A stretch of DNA of 64,000 nucleotides, from assembly GCA_963675745.2 (NCBI GenBank), contig CAXXWX010000017.1, positions 1 through 64,000 of the forward strand, written 5' to 3'. Of this stretch, positions 53,822-64,000 are shown piece after piece. Under the pieces are notes generated by a model, which saw only the letters and a program-made list of their open reading frames with translations, did no database searches and was not told the origin of the DNA. The translations under genes and the position numbers were made by a program. The number at the start of each line of letters is the position of its first letter. The first letter of the stretch is position 1. The stretch comes from Phycisphaerae bacterium. Lineage in GTDB: Bacteria > Planctomycetota > Phycisphaerae > UBA1845 > Fen-1342.

Positions 53822-56800
53822 TCAGTGCGTTGCTTCGCCCAGCGTGCTATCCTGCTTATCGAGCACGGCGCGCACGCGGCGCAAGAGCGCTTCGCGGCTG
53901 AATGGCTTCTCGAGAAACTCCACGCCCGCGTTCGAGCACGCCGTGGTGGGCGATCACATCCGCCGTATAGCCGGAGAAGAACAGGGTTCTAAGTCCAGGT
54001 ATCGCGGCGGTCAGTGAATCTGAGAGCTTCTTCCCATTCATATCCGGCATGATGACATCCGTGACCAGCAGGTGAATACGCTCGTCTCGGCCGGCCGACA
54101 AACGGATTGCCTCAGCTCCGTCGGCGGCGCTCAGGACCTTATAGCCGGCATCGCGCAGCAGGTGGACCGCGAGCCTTCTGACGGTCTCGTCATCCTCACA
54201 GACCAGTACGGTTTCGGAACCCGTGGGGACCGCCACGGTCTCAGGCCGCGCGTCGCGTTCTTCCAGTGACGGCTCAACGGCCGGCAGGTAGACCCAGAAT
54301 GTCGTGCCCTGGCCCGGGGCGCTTTGGACCAGCAGGTGGCCTCCGGCGCGCTTGACGATCGCGTACACCGTTGCCAGTCCCAGACCGGTGCCTTGCCCGG
54401 CCGGTTTGGTGGTGAAGAAAGGCTCGAAGATGCGCTCGCGCGTCTCCCGATCCATCCCGCTACCGTTATCGCTCACCGTCAACAAAACGTGCGGGCCCGG
54501 ATGTGCGCCGGCGTGGGTGGAGACGTACGCCTCGTCAAGCACAACGTGGGCCGTTTCCAGCTTGAGCTTGCCACCGCTCGGCATCGCGTCACGCGCATTG
54601 ACCACCAGATTCATGATGAGCTGCTCAATCTGGCCGGCGTCGGTGTGCATGCGCCCGATCTGTGGGTCGCACACGATCTCCAGCGTGACGTCCTCGGTGA
54701 TCAGGCGGGCCAGCATTCGTTCCATCTCGTCCAACGTGCGGTTCAGATCGAGCAGTTCCGGCTGGGCGGCGTCGCGCCGGCTGAAGACCAGCAGTTGCCG
54801 CGTAAGCGCCGCCGCACGCTGCGCGCTCCGCTCGATCTGCCCCAGCCCGTGCAACACCGGATCGTCAGATCCCAGCTTGGATTTCACGGCGTCAAGCGAC
54901 AGCTCCACATTGCCGAGAATCGCCGTCAGGATGTTGTTGAAATCATGCGCCACGCCCCCGGCAAGTTGTCCGACAGCTTCCATTTTTTGCGCCTGTCGGA
55001 GCTGAGCCTCCAGCGCCACCTCGTTGGTGACATCCCGCCGCACCGCGACGTAGTTGATGATTTCGCCGGCGCTGTTGCAGACCGGGGCAATGGTCGCCTC
55101 CTCCTCGTAAGGCGTGCCGTCCTTTCTGTGGCTGGTCAGCCGGCCGCGCCACACCTCGCCACGCTTCAGCACGGCCCATACCCCGCGTGTCGCCTCAACG
55201 GCGCGATCTCTCCTGAGCAGACAGAGGTCGGACCCGACGGCCTCACTGCGCTCGTGCCCGGTGATGTGTTCAAAGGCCGGGTTAACCTGGAGGATCATGC
55301 CGGCCGCATCGGTGATTGCAATGGCTTCGGCGGCCTGCTCGATGGCCGTGAAGAGGCGCGTCTTTTCCTCCTCGGCGCGCTTGCGCTCGGTCACATCCCG
55401 GCTGAATAGAGAATACCCGACCAGCTCACCGTTCGGATCGAATATCCCGGCTACGCGGGATTCGAGCTCACGCATACCATCCTCGGTCTGCCGCCTGAGC
55501 GCAAAGCGATATTCACCTTCCCGGCGGACGACCTCAATCGCGCGCTGCAAACGCTCTCGCGATACGTTTTCCCGCGAGTGCATCTCAAACGCCGTGCGCC
55601 CGATGACTTCATCAGCGGAATATCCGAAGAGTTTCTCCGCCGTCGAGTTGTAGTATGTGATCCGCAGGTCCAGATCGATCGTGGCGATGGCCACGTCCGA
55701 GGCGCTGCGCAATATGTTGTCGAGCATCAACGTCTTCTCGGCCAGTCCCTCCTCGGCTCGCCGCCGGTCGGTGATGTCCGTCGCGACGCCACACACGCCG
55801 GTGATCACGCCGTTGGCATCCCTGACCGGAAACTTCAACGACAAGTAAGAGTGAACCCCATCATCGTGGGGAACCTCCTCGTCCAACATGAGCGGCGTGC
55901 CCGCTGACAGGGTCTTCCGATCGTTCGCCATGAAGCGCTCCGCGATCGGTGCGGGAAAAACCGCGTGATCCGTCTGGCCACGGAGTTGTTCGCTGGTGAT
56001 GTGAAACAGCTCTTCATAGCGGCGGTTTACCAGTACGTAGCGCCCTTCGGTGTCTTTGAGGAATATCACCGACGGACTGTGGTCGAGTAGGCCACGGAGC
56101 CGTTCCTCGCTTTCGCGCAAGGCCGTCTCCGCCCGTCCCCGATCGGCGATCATGTTGTTGAACGAGTGCGTCAGATCTGCAATCTCTGGGCCGCCGCCGG
56201 GGTTGGGAATATCCTCCGCCTTGAAGGCGCCGTCGCCATACACGCGCATCGCGCCCGCGAGTTGGGTCAGCGGGCGCGCAATGCGATAGCCTACAAGTGC
56301 GGCCACACCGACGCCGACCAGCAATGAGACAAGCGTGAGCCCGAGGATCTTGTACTTGATCGTCGCTACCTGGCTGATCAGGTGCTTCTCGCTCAACCCG
56401 AGGTGTAGGCGGCCGCCGGTGGGGGTGAGTGGATAACTCACGTCGAGCATATTGTCGCGCCGCTCAATGTGGGGCTGCGGCGGCGACGATGTGCCGGAGT
56501 TTGGTATCGGGGGTGTCAACTGCGCCAATTCACCCGGCAGTTCACCTTCAAACGAGTGGGCGAACACGTCTTGGGCGGGACCGATGGCCATGGCGTACTC
56601 GACGTCTCTGGTTCCGCGGACAGTCTCGCGCAACGCCTCGCGCGCGGGAGCGACTTCGCCGTCGCGGAAGTTGTGCGCGATATGCTCCGCCAGCGTTCGC
56701 ACCACCGCCGCCCCCCGCTCCTCCAGCCCGGTCTGGAGCGTGGTGCGCATGATCCGCCCCACCATCAGCGATGCAAGAATCCCGCTGCCGGACACAACCA

Positions 56801-56837
56801 CGGCGACCAGGAGAGTGATTCTTGTGTGGAGCTTCAT
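53822..56837 (-). CDS. Hybrid sensor histidine kinase: TM-sensor-TM, HAMP, 3 PAS, HisKA/HATPase, receiver (frameshift near 53930)
   Basis: QAQKMEAVGQLAGGVAHDFNN, NARDAM, PFFTTK..GTGLGL, LLVTDVIMP. The canonical tail FLEKPFSREALLRRVRAVLD continues in another frame to TGA 53822. Start MKLH at 56837. Confidence 0.9.
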
Positions 56838-57356
56838 GGACGCGGCTCCTCGTTGGGGCTGGCCTGCGCGTCGGCCGTCTCGATCGCAATCGCGATATGA
56901 CGTCCGACAGATCGGCGGTGCAGCCGACACCGATGAGTGATCCGGCTTGCTCTCCTCTGCAAACCTCCGCAGTCAGTCGGACTTTCTCACGTCAGCCACA
57001 GGCCCATCTGGAATATGTACGTGCCGGATGCGATCGGCCGCGGCCCGCGCGTGCCGACCTGAGTGAAGTTCTGTACGCCGGACCGGTAGCCGGCGTGCCA
57101 CTACTGGCTAGCATACAGCGCAGCAGACACACTCACCATATCGAATATCGGGCAAGCGCGCGCCGCTGCCGTGCAACTCACCCGTCTCGGCGCTCTGGCA
57201 CACCCGGCGAGGGAGGCCGGCGTCGGCTTGTTGACGCAATGCTCCGCGGCCGTTGAGCTTGCAGGTGACTATTCAAGATGGGTACGATCATCAGTGGAAA
57301 GCGGCAAAGCCGGTCGGGTGGGCGCCATTGGGGGAGTGTCCGCCGAGGAATCGCGG

Positions 57357-58355
57357 ATGAATGCTGAGAGCGCACATCCCGGAAATCCGGCGTCGTGGAA
57401 ACCCAGGAACACCCTGATGCACAACGCGCGTCGTGCTTTCACGCTGATCGAAGTGCTGATAGTGGTGGCGATCATCGCGCTGCTGGTTGCCGTCCTGCTG
57501 CCCGCGCTGTCCCAGGCGCGGAAACAGACCCGGGGCGTAATGTGCAGATCAAACATGAAGCAGCTTATGACGGGCGTGGCTTTCTACGTCACCGAAGAGG
57601 AGGCCCTCCCGGGCACACATAGCCTGTTCTGGATGCAGATCCTGTTCGGCGCCGAGTGGTCCAGACCAGCCGGTGTGACCTGGGACGGCGCCCGCGACAA
57701 GCTGATCGGTCTGAAGTACCACCCGGCGTATCAGCAGCCGTACCACCTCGACCCCGAGTTCATCGCGGATGTGCCGCGGAAGGGCACGCTTTACCAATAC
57801 GTCAACCACGAGGCGGTCTACGTGTGTCCCTCTGACAAGCCGGGTGTCGCTGTCGATACGCCACTCGGCGGCGGCGGCAACGGAAGACTCAGCTATTCGA
57901 TGAACGCCTACATCGGCTACAAGGCTCCCGAGGATCTGGCGAGCTTCACGTATGTCGCGGACTCGCTGAACAATCCGCTGCCCGGCTCACAGAACACCGT
58001 TTCTTTCACGGCGGGACAACGCGTCTGGTTCAATCCTTCACGTTTCATGACCATGTTTGAGGATCATCCGTTCTACCACACGAACGCCAACTACCCCGAT
58101 GGGAACTTCAACTGCATAGACCGGATCGCAACCCGCCACGGCCTCAGGATCGGTGCCGACGGGGTTTCCGAGGGGCGTTCGACCATGGCGTTTCTTGACG
58201 GTCACGTCGAAGCCCGCGTGTACCCGTCCAAGACGATGGGGCGCGAGTTGTTCGCTGAAATCGGCCAGCCGCCGTTCTGGCGCGCGGAGGGATCACCCGA
58301 CCAGGCCAACATGTCCGCATTCATCAAGAGACTCCATGGCCCCCGGCCCTGGTGA
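57357..58355 (+). CDS. Canonical prepilin-type N-terminal / DUF1559-like protein with an H..DGH C-terminal motif
   Basis: [58 protein letters not shown]; the start may be 57417. Confidence 0.85.
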   Translation: MNAESAHPGNPASWKPRNTLMHNARRAFTLIEVLIVVAIIALLVAVLLPALSQARKQTRGVMCRSNMKQLMTGVAFYVTEEEALPGTHSLFWMQILFGAEWSRPAGVTWDGARDKLIGLKYHPAYQQPYHLDPEFIADVPRKGTLYQYVNHEAVYVCPSDKPGVAVDTPLGGGGNGRLSYSMNAYIGYKAPEDLASFTYVADSLNNPLPGSQNTVSFTAGQRVWFNPSRFMTMFEDHPFYHTNANYPDGNFNCIDRIATRHGLRIGADGVSEGRSTMAFLDGHVEARVYPSKTMGRELFAEIGQPPFWRAEGSPDQANMSAFIKRLHGPRPW

Positions 58356-58519
58356 TTTGCGTACCACCTCCTGCGCTGCTTGTCTGCCGCCGCCACCGCG
58401 CCAGTGATGCGGTGACAGGCCCGCGCGTTAATGGCTGGTTACTCCTCTGCCCGGCAGTAGTCATGGACGTTTCCGAACCGGTACGGCACAAACCGAAGTT
58501 GGTGTGCCACGCGAATCGT

Positions 58520-58548
58520 CTGTAAGAAACCGGCGTGATGCTCCGTCA
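58520..58548 (+). promoter_or_regulatory. Putative ECF promoter CTGTAA..TCCGTCA
   Basis: TGTAA and CGTC boxes; a similar pair occurs at 62016-62042. Confidence 0.45.
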
Positions 58549-58629
58549 TTCTCTGTGAGGGTGTGATTCGCCTCTGGCCACTCGGGATTCCCGGCTGAAT
58601 CGCCCCGGCTGCTGACTCAGGGTGTTTGC

Positions 58630-59199
58630 ATGCAGCAAACCCAGGCCCACTGGATCGCGGAACTCGTGGAGCGATACGGCAGGATGGTGTTCGCCACTGC
58701 GTATCGCATTCTCGGGAACGCTGAGGACGCCGACGATGTGCTTCAGGAGGTCTTTCTGCGCCTTCTGCGGCGAGGTCGCGGCGGTCGGGGAAACCAAGGC
58801 GTGCAGGACTGGGGCGCCTACCTGAGGGTGGTGGCGACGCGCTGCGCCATCGACGCCTTGCGCAGCCACGCGAAGTGGCGGACGGAGAGCCTGCAAGCGG
58901 CCGACCTCGCGGTCGCCGATGACAGTGACCCGTCCCGGCTGGCGAGTCGGCGGCAGAAGGCGGACATGTTACGAAAGGCGTTGGGCCTCGTGCCTGAACG
59001 CGATGCCCAGGTCTTCGCGCTCCGCTGCTTCGATGATCTGAGCTACGAGACGATCGCAGCGCAGATGAATCTCAGTGTCAGCCAGGTCGGAGTGATCCTG
59101 CATCGGACGCGGAATTGGCTCCGGCGGATGTTCGATCCCCAAATGGATGGTGTCATCCCACGCGTTGAAAGAAGAGAACGAGATGTCGGCACATCCTGA
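58630..59199 (+). CDS. ECF sigma-70 factor
   Basis: LVERYGRMVFATAYRILGNAEDADDVLQEVF, AIDALR, LSYETIA..VILHRTR. Confidence 0.9.
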   Translation: MQQTQAHWIAELVERYGRMVFATAYRILGNAEDADDVLQEVFLRLLRRGRGGRGNQGVQDWGAYLRVVATRCAIDALRSHAKWRTESLQAADLAVADDSDPSRLASRRQKADMLRKALGLVPERDAQVFALRCFDDLSYETIAAQMNLSVSQVGVILHRTRNWLRRMFDPQMDGVIPRVERRERDVGTS

Positions 59200-61792
59200 C
59201 GACGACAAACTCCTCCAGGGCATGATTGATGCGGCTCGCGCCGCCGTGCCCAGCGAAGCGCAGTGGCGCACGGCGCGCCGCAGGTTGATGGAGCATATCA
59301 AGCTCGACGAATCCGAGCGTAAATCACCCGATGGAACCGGAGACCGGACAGGCAGCGGGGCGCAGAGCTCATCGCGCCGGCGCTGGCCTCGTCGGGTCAT
59401 CTGGGGCGGCGTCGGACTTGCCGCCGCCGCATCGATCCTCGCCATGCTGATCATGCCGCGCATTGGACACGAGCGACCTGCTGGTGTGTCTTCGTTGTCC
59501 CAGCCGTTCGGCCATGTCGCCGTCGCGCGCGGGGAGTGCGTCAGGATCAATGCAAGTGGCGGTTCGCGCGGCCTGAGTGTTGGCGAAGTCGTCGTGTTCG
59601 GGGATCAGCTTCAGGTGGGGCCACAAGGCGGCCTCTGTCTGCATCTGGAAGACTCGACGACTCTGTGGCTGGATTCTGGGGCGGAGCTGTTCTGTGTGGC
59701 TCCGCGAGCGGCGGAAACGGCGACGGTGCGGCTTGTGCGTGGCGAAATCCGCGCCGATGTCGCTCCCTCGGACGAATCCGCGTTCTCCATCGAGACACCT
59801 ACGGCCACGCTGCGTGTACTGGGAACTCAATTCCACTGCCGTGTCCTACCGGCACTGGCACAAGAGAAGGATGAAACGATGAAGCGCTTGCGAAACGCAT
59901 TACAGAGGGCCATCACGGTCGTAACGGTCTTGTCGGGGGCGATTGCCGTTGAGGCGGGTGGTTCCGAGCAGATTCTGAAGGAAGGTCAGCGAGCGGCGAT
60001 CATCGCCGGGACCGCGCTAAGCGCCGCCGAAACGGTGGACCGGCTTGACTATACCCGCAAGTGGCTGGGTGAGCCCGGCGGGCCTCAATCGGCGGAAATA
60101 CTGATGTTTGTGCCGATACGTGCGCACTTGCTTCACGCTCTATGGGCGGTAAACGTGGAGAGCGGCGCTGCTCGGCATGTTTCCGATTTCGTCGGCGCGA
60201 GTCCGAGCGTCGTCCAACAACTCGGCCCCGACCTGGCGCTTATCAATGCGGGTAGCGTGCTGTTCGCCCACTTCGGGTTGCAGCCGGTTGGTCATGCGGG
60301 CCGACCTTTCGTGAAGAACCAGATCGCGCTGGTACACCTGGTGTCGGGCGAAAAGCTGCCGATGATTCCGCTCGAAGACTGCAATCCGCTGTACACAGAG
60401 GTCTCGCCAGACCGGCGCCGGCTCGCATTCGTCGGCAGTCGCGATATCGGTTCCGCCGGTGAGCGCGAGTTCGGGCTCTATGTCCTTGATCTGGAGACGT
60501 TTGAACTGACGCGCTTACTCGAAGGCGGACTCGTCACCTGTCCCCATTGGGCACCAGATTCACGCTGGTTGGCGATTTCCAGGAGCGCGGGATACGTATA
60601 CGACCATCAGATTGTCCTGGTGGACACGTTCACCGGCGAGGTTGTGGAAACCGCATTCCAGGGAGCGGGCGTCCACTTCCCGCCGGACGGGCAACATCTG
60701 ATCTTCTCGGGAGAATTCGCACGGACAGGTCGCTGGTGCGCGGGTGTGCCGAGTGGCGGGAACCTGTTCCGCGCGGAATTGCCGGACGGCCCGGCGGAGC
60801 CGATCACGTTTCTGCCGAATGGCGGCGCCGTGCTGCCTCTGATTTCGCCCGACGGCGCGCGCGTGTCGTATTGGGAGATGTCAGACGCGAATCGCCTGCA
60901 CGTGCTGGAGCTCGATACGTTCGAGGATCGCGTTGTATGGATGGCCGATTCCCCTTCGTCGGTGCGCTGGATCGACGGCGGCGGCAGCCTGGCCGTGATT
61001 CCGCCGTTGCAAGGGCGGCCCCAAGGGTGGCAGGAAGCGCTCCGGGATTTCCTGGGTGGGGATAACGAAAAAAGCGTAACACTCATCAGCGCTACGGCTG
61101 ATGTTGCTCCACGGAGCATTCAATTGCACGAGCCGGCGCTGCCCGCGGATCAGAAGAGATCCGCATCGGCCGTGGCCGACCGCCTTCTCTCAGTGTTCAG
61201 CCTCTACCGCGCCGGGATCGATGCGCTGGACTTGCACCGGATCGAGACGGGCCAGCGGAAACTCCGGGATGCGAGTGCCCGGCTTTCGGACTTCAGCGCG
61301 ACGGTTTGCCTTGCCGGGGCGGACGAACGCCCGTCGCAAGGCGGTGCGGAGCGAGGCACGCTGCTGGCTCAGTCTGATCTGCGCGCCTATGAGGACGTCC
61401 TGGCCAGGCAAGCCGAGATGCCAGCGGCCGAGCGGATTGCCGAGATCGTGCGTAAGAACCTCTACAGCATTTCGTCACTGCTATCCTCTTACCATCGTGA
61501 GAATGGGGGATTCCCACCGAGTATCGAGCAGTTGGCCGAGTGGGCCGCGGGGGCGCGTTGGCAGATCGATCATATCCGCTCGGGCAGCGAGCAAGCCCGC
61601 CGCCTGTTCCTGATTCCGGGAGATGACGCCGACGTGATCACGACTTCGTTCCGCCTGATCGAAACCGGGCCGGAAGAAGGCCGCTGGGTTGTCCAGACTC
61701 CGGTGCTGCCGGACGGGCGGCAATACGTCGGCACCTACCGCTACATTGCTGCAGACAGCCGCGTGGAAGTGGTATTGGGCGAAGCCAGATGA
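59183..61792 (+). CDS. FecR-type anti-sigma factor fused to a TolB-like beta-propeller and a helical C-terminal region
   Basis: TM GLAAAASILAMLI; FecR motifs VRLVRGEI, FSIETP..RVLGTQF, VTVLSGAIAV; SPDRRRLAF, WAPDSRWLA, PPDGQHLIF and SPDGARVSY repeats. Confidence 0.8.
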   Translation: MSAHPDDDKLLQGMIDAARAAVPSEAQWRTARRRLMEHIKLDESERKSPDGTGDRTGSGAQSSSRRRWPRRVIWGGVGLAAAASILAMLIMPRIGHERPAGVSSLSQPFGHVAVARGECVRINASGGSRGLSVGEVVVFGDQLQVGPQGGLCLHLEDSTTLWLDSGAELFCVAPRAAETATVRLVRGEIRADVAPSDESAFSIETPTATLRVLGTQFHCRVLPALAQEKDETMKRLRNALQRAITVVTVLSGAIAVEAGGSEQILKEGQRAAIIAGTALSAAETVDRLDYTRKWLGEPGGPQSAEILMFVPIRAHLLHALWAVNVESGAARHVSDFVGASPSVVQQLGPDLALINAGSVLFAHFGLQPVGHAGRPFVKNQIALVHLVSGEKLPMIPLEDCNPLYTEVSPDRRRLAFVGSRDIGSAGEREFGLYVLDLETFELTRLLEGGLVTCPHWAPDSRWLAISRSAGYVYDHQIVLVDTFTGEVVETAFQGAGVHFPPDGQHLIFSGEFARTGRWCAGVPSGGNLFRAELPDGPAEPITFLPNGGAVLPLISPDGARVSYWEMSDANRLHVLELDTFEDRVVWMADSPSSVRWIDGGGSLAVIPPLQGRPQGWQEALRDFLGGDNEKSVTLISATADVAPRSIQLHEPALPADQKRSASAVADRLLSVFSLYRAGIDALDLHRIETGQRKLRDASARLSDFSATVCLAGADERPSQGGAERGTLLAQSDLRAYEDVLARQAEMPAAERIAEIVRKNLYSISSLLSSYHRENGGFPPSIEQLAEWAAGARWQIDHIRSGSEQARRLFLIPGDDADVITTSFRLIETGPEEGRWVVQTPVLPDGRQYVGTYRYIAADSRVEVVLGEAR

Positions 61793-62099
61793 CCGCGCCG
61801 AATCGAGACCGGGAGAGACGCCGGCTCCGTACCGGCGAATCTCCCGGATGTCTGGCCTACTGAAGTCGCTCGTAGACAAATCCACCGGCGCAATCCAGCG
61901 CTAGACGTGACCCCATTAGCTGCCGGCACTTGGCGCCGCGATGCTGATGACGGGCCCATAGACCCGCAATCCGACAGCGTGTCCGGGGGCCATCCGCCAG
62001 AGGCGCCGGATTTTCCTGTAACCAAGCGGCCGGATTCCGTCAGGAATGGGTGTGCGACGCCCTCTCCGTGAGGTTGTGTTGCAGGAAAGGCGCTTCACC

Positions 62100-63800
62100 A
62101 TGCTCACGCCCGATGCACAACATGCCGCGGTCACACACGACCGAGTCCCCTGGCTGGACAATCTGCGCGTTTGCATGGTCTTTCTGGTTGTCCTGCTCCA
62201 TGCGGGAGGGGTCTACGAAAGCAGCGGCAGGTGGTCCTTGTTCTGGATCGTGGACGATCCCTCCACCAGCGGTTTGCTAAATTTGCTGATCGCGCTCCTC
62301 GGCGTCTTTGTTATGCCGCTCCTGTTCTTCGTTTCCGGTTACGTCACACCTCAGTCGCTGGCGACGAAGAGCGCCGTGGCCTTTCTGAAAGCCAGATCCC
62401 GACGGTTGCTCATCCCGTGGCTTATCGCCGTCTTGACTGTGATTCCGCTCTACAAGCACATATTCCTCTTATCGCGCAACATTCCTCAGGAACACTGGAC
62501 TGCGTACTTCCACTGGAACGCGCTTTGGGGGCAGAACTGGCTCTGGTTTCTTCCGGTGCTGTTTCTGTTTGACGTGCTGTATGTTCTTGCCATCATAGCA
62601 CGAGTGGTGCCCGCGCGCATTCCGTTCAGGAGTGCCGTTGCCGTGATCTTCCTGGCCGGATGGGCCTACAGCACCTGTATGGATTTGTGCGGCCTCCGCG
62701 GCTGGACACACACGCTCATACTCGACTTCCAGAATGAGCGGCTGCTCATCTACTTCATGGTATTCATGCTGGGTGCGGCGTATTCCCGACGACAGGCGTA
62801 CGCTGTCACGTCCCCGAGCAAGGCATGGTATGCCACGCTGGCGGTGGCGGCATGCGGGACCATGGCGCTCTACTACTTGTTGTACAGCCAGCCTGCGGCT
62901 ACGACAGGCACTCACGCACTTCCGCCGGTTGCTGATGCGCTGCTGTTGTGGCTTGCGTTCCATGTATCACTATATTGCACGATGTACCTCATCGTGACTA
63001 CATTTCAGACTTGTCTGAACACACACGGCCCGCTCAGCAGGATATTGAGTGCCAATTCCTACCATGTGTACATCATCCACACGATAGTTCTGGGCGGCAT
63101 TGCGACAACTCTTCTCGGTACAAAGGTGCCTGCATTGTGGAAATGCGCCATTGTCACATTAGCAACATATGTGACGTGTAATCTGATCGCAACTGGTTTG
63201 AGGGGGTTATTTCAGGTGCGGCCATTCGCAAACAGAACGGAGGTGCGGACAATGAAAGCTATTACATGGGCATCGTTGATGATCGCGGTGACTTGGGTTC
63301 ACGGTTGCGGCAAGCCGCAGGAGACGCCGCAAACAACGGTCGCTCCGCTTGTGAACATTCACGTGGCGGCCCTTCAGGGGCACATTGACGCCGTCCGGCA
63401 GCACATTGATGCCGGGACGAACCTGGATGAGAAAGACGAATATGGTTCCACCCCTCTGATCATTGCGGCGACGTTTGGCAAGACTGACGTGGCAAGGGCA
63501 CTCGTGGACGCCGGGGCCGACACGGGAATGACAAACAACGACGGCTCAACAGCGCTTCACATAAGCGCGTTCCTGTGTCGCACGGAGATCGTGGAGATGT
63601 TGCTCGCCGACGGCGCCGCTAGCAGCGCGAGGAATGCCGCGGGGAAAACGGCGCTGGATATTGTTGCGGGTCCGTTCGAGGATGTCAGGGGCATATACGA
63701 TCAATTGGGCAAGGGGCTCAAACCTCTGGGGCTCCGATTGGACTACGACCGGCTCAAGAGAACACGTCCCCGGATTGCCCGGATGTTGCGGGGCGCTTAG
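62100..63800 (+). CDS. Acyltransferase-3 (OpgC/MdoC-like) membrane protein fused to ankyrin repeats
   Basis: RVPWLDNLR..VVLLH, FVMPLLFFVSGY, RRLLIP, LWFLPVL, SYHVYIIH; then GSTPLIIAA, GSTALHISA, GKTALDI. Confidence 0.85.
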   Translation: MLTPDAQHAAVTHDRVPWLDNLRVCMVFLVVLLHAGGVYESSGRWSLFWIVDDPSTSGLLNLLIALLGVFVMPLLFFVSGYVTPQSLATKSAVAFLKARSRRLLIPWLIAVLTVIPLYKHIFLLSRNIPQEHWTAYFHWNALWGQNWLWFLPVLFLFDVLYVLAIIARVVPARIPFRSAVAVIFLAGWAYSTCMDLCGLRGWTHTLILDFQNERLLIYFMVFMLGAAYSRRQAYAVTSPSKAWYATLAVAACGTMALYYLLYSQPAATTGTHALPPVADALLLWLAFHVSLYCTMYLIVTTFQTCLNTHGPLSRILSANSYHVYIIHTIVLGGIATTLLGTKVPALWKCAIVTLATYVTCNLIATGLRGLFQVRPFANRTEVRTMKAITWASLMIAVTWVHGCGKPQETPQTTVAPLVNIHVAALQGHIDAVRQHIDAGTNLDEKDEYGSTPLIIAATFGKTDVARALVDAGADTGMTNNDGSTALHISAFLCRTEIVEMLLADGAASSARNAAGKTALDIVAGPFEDVRGIYDQLGKGLKPLGLRLDYDRLKRTRPRIARMLRGA

Positions 63801-64000
63801 CAGCGTGGTCAAGGCAAACGCGCGGCGTCGACTCAAGGCAACGTCGGACGCCGCGCCGGGCTAAGCCGCCGGCGTCCTGCGCGGCCTGGTCTGTAAGTAA
63901 TGGGCGCTGGACATCCGACGTCACCTTGCGCAGTTGCTCGGATATCCACTCCGGTAGCACCCATCAGTAATAAACCGTCCGTGTCCGGTGATGCTCGACG

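Noticed and set aside
53822..53940. Programmed frameshift in the hybrid kinase receiver tail
   Set aside because: No slippery sequence; a single extra base like the other probable sequencing errors.
56840..57350. Riboswitch, tRNA or ncRNA in long intergenic regions (also 37660-38260, 61800-62090)
   Set aside because: No recognisable conserved RNA motif by eye; an Infernal/Rfam search would be needed.

Overview
High-GC bacterial DNA. The gene content points to a Planctomycetota (Phycisphaerae-like) genome; this is inferred from DUF1559-type prepilin proteins, an ECF-Ser/Thr kinase pair and many dockerin-like-tagged secreted proteins. About 35 CDS; no rRNA, tRNA, CRISPR array, transposase or phage gene was recognised. 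The window is mostly a secretome and signalling region. (i) Six unrelated secreted proteins (M6 and S8 proteases, a beta-helix protein, an FG-GAP protein, two unknowns) end in a near-identical GDxNCDGxVNNGDIDxFV tag, and a TSP3-repeat protein ends in a different Cys-TM-Arg sorting signal. (ii) There are three ECF sigma modules. The ECF-kinase module is surrounded by three equal-length 31-bp copies of a putative promoter, CGTGTCA-N17-TCTATCA. (iii) Two adjacent genes (FecR-type anti-sigma; acyltransferase-ankyrin) each contain an in-frame internal SD+ATG+signal peptide, suggesting nested secreted isoforms. (iv) There are tandem paralog arrays: four Zn-ribbon membrane proteins and three non-canonical prepilin-like proteins. 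(v) Housekeeping genes include dinB, an HPF/RaiA-family gene and a GlmL-like ATPase. (vi) Intergenic space holds GTAG-type REP elements and 7-, 8- and 21-mer repeats. Clustered single-base indels (about 510-650, 45540-52000 and 53930) are most likely sequencing or assembly errors.
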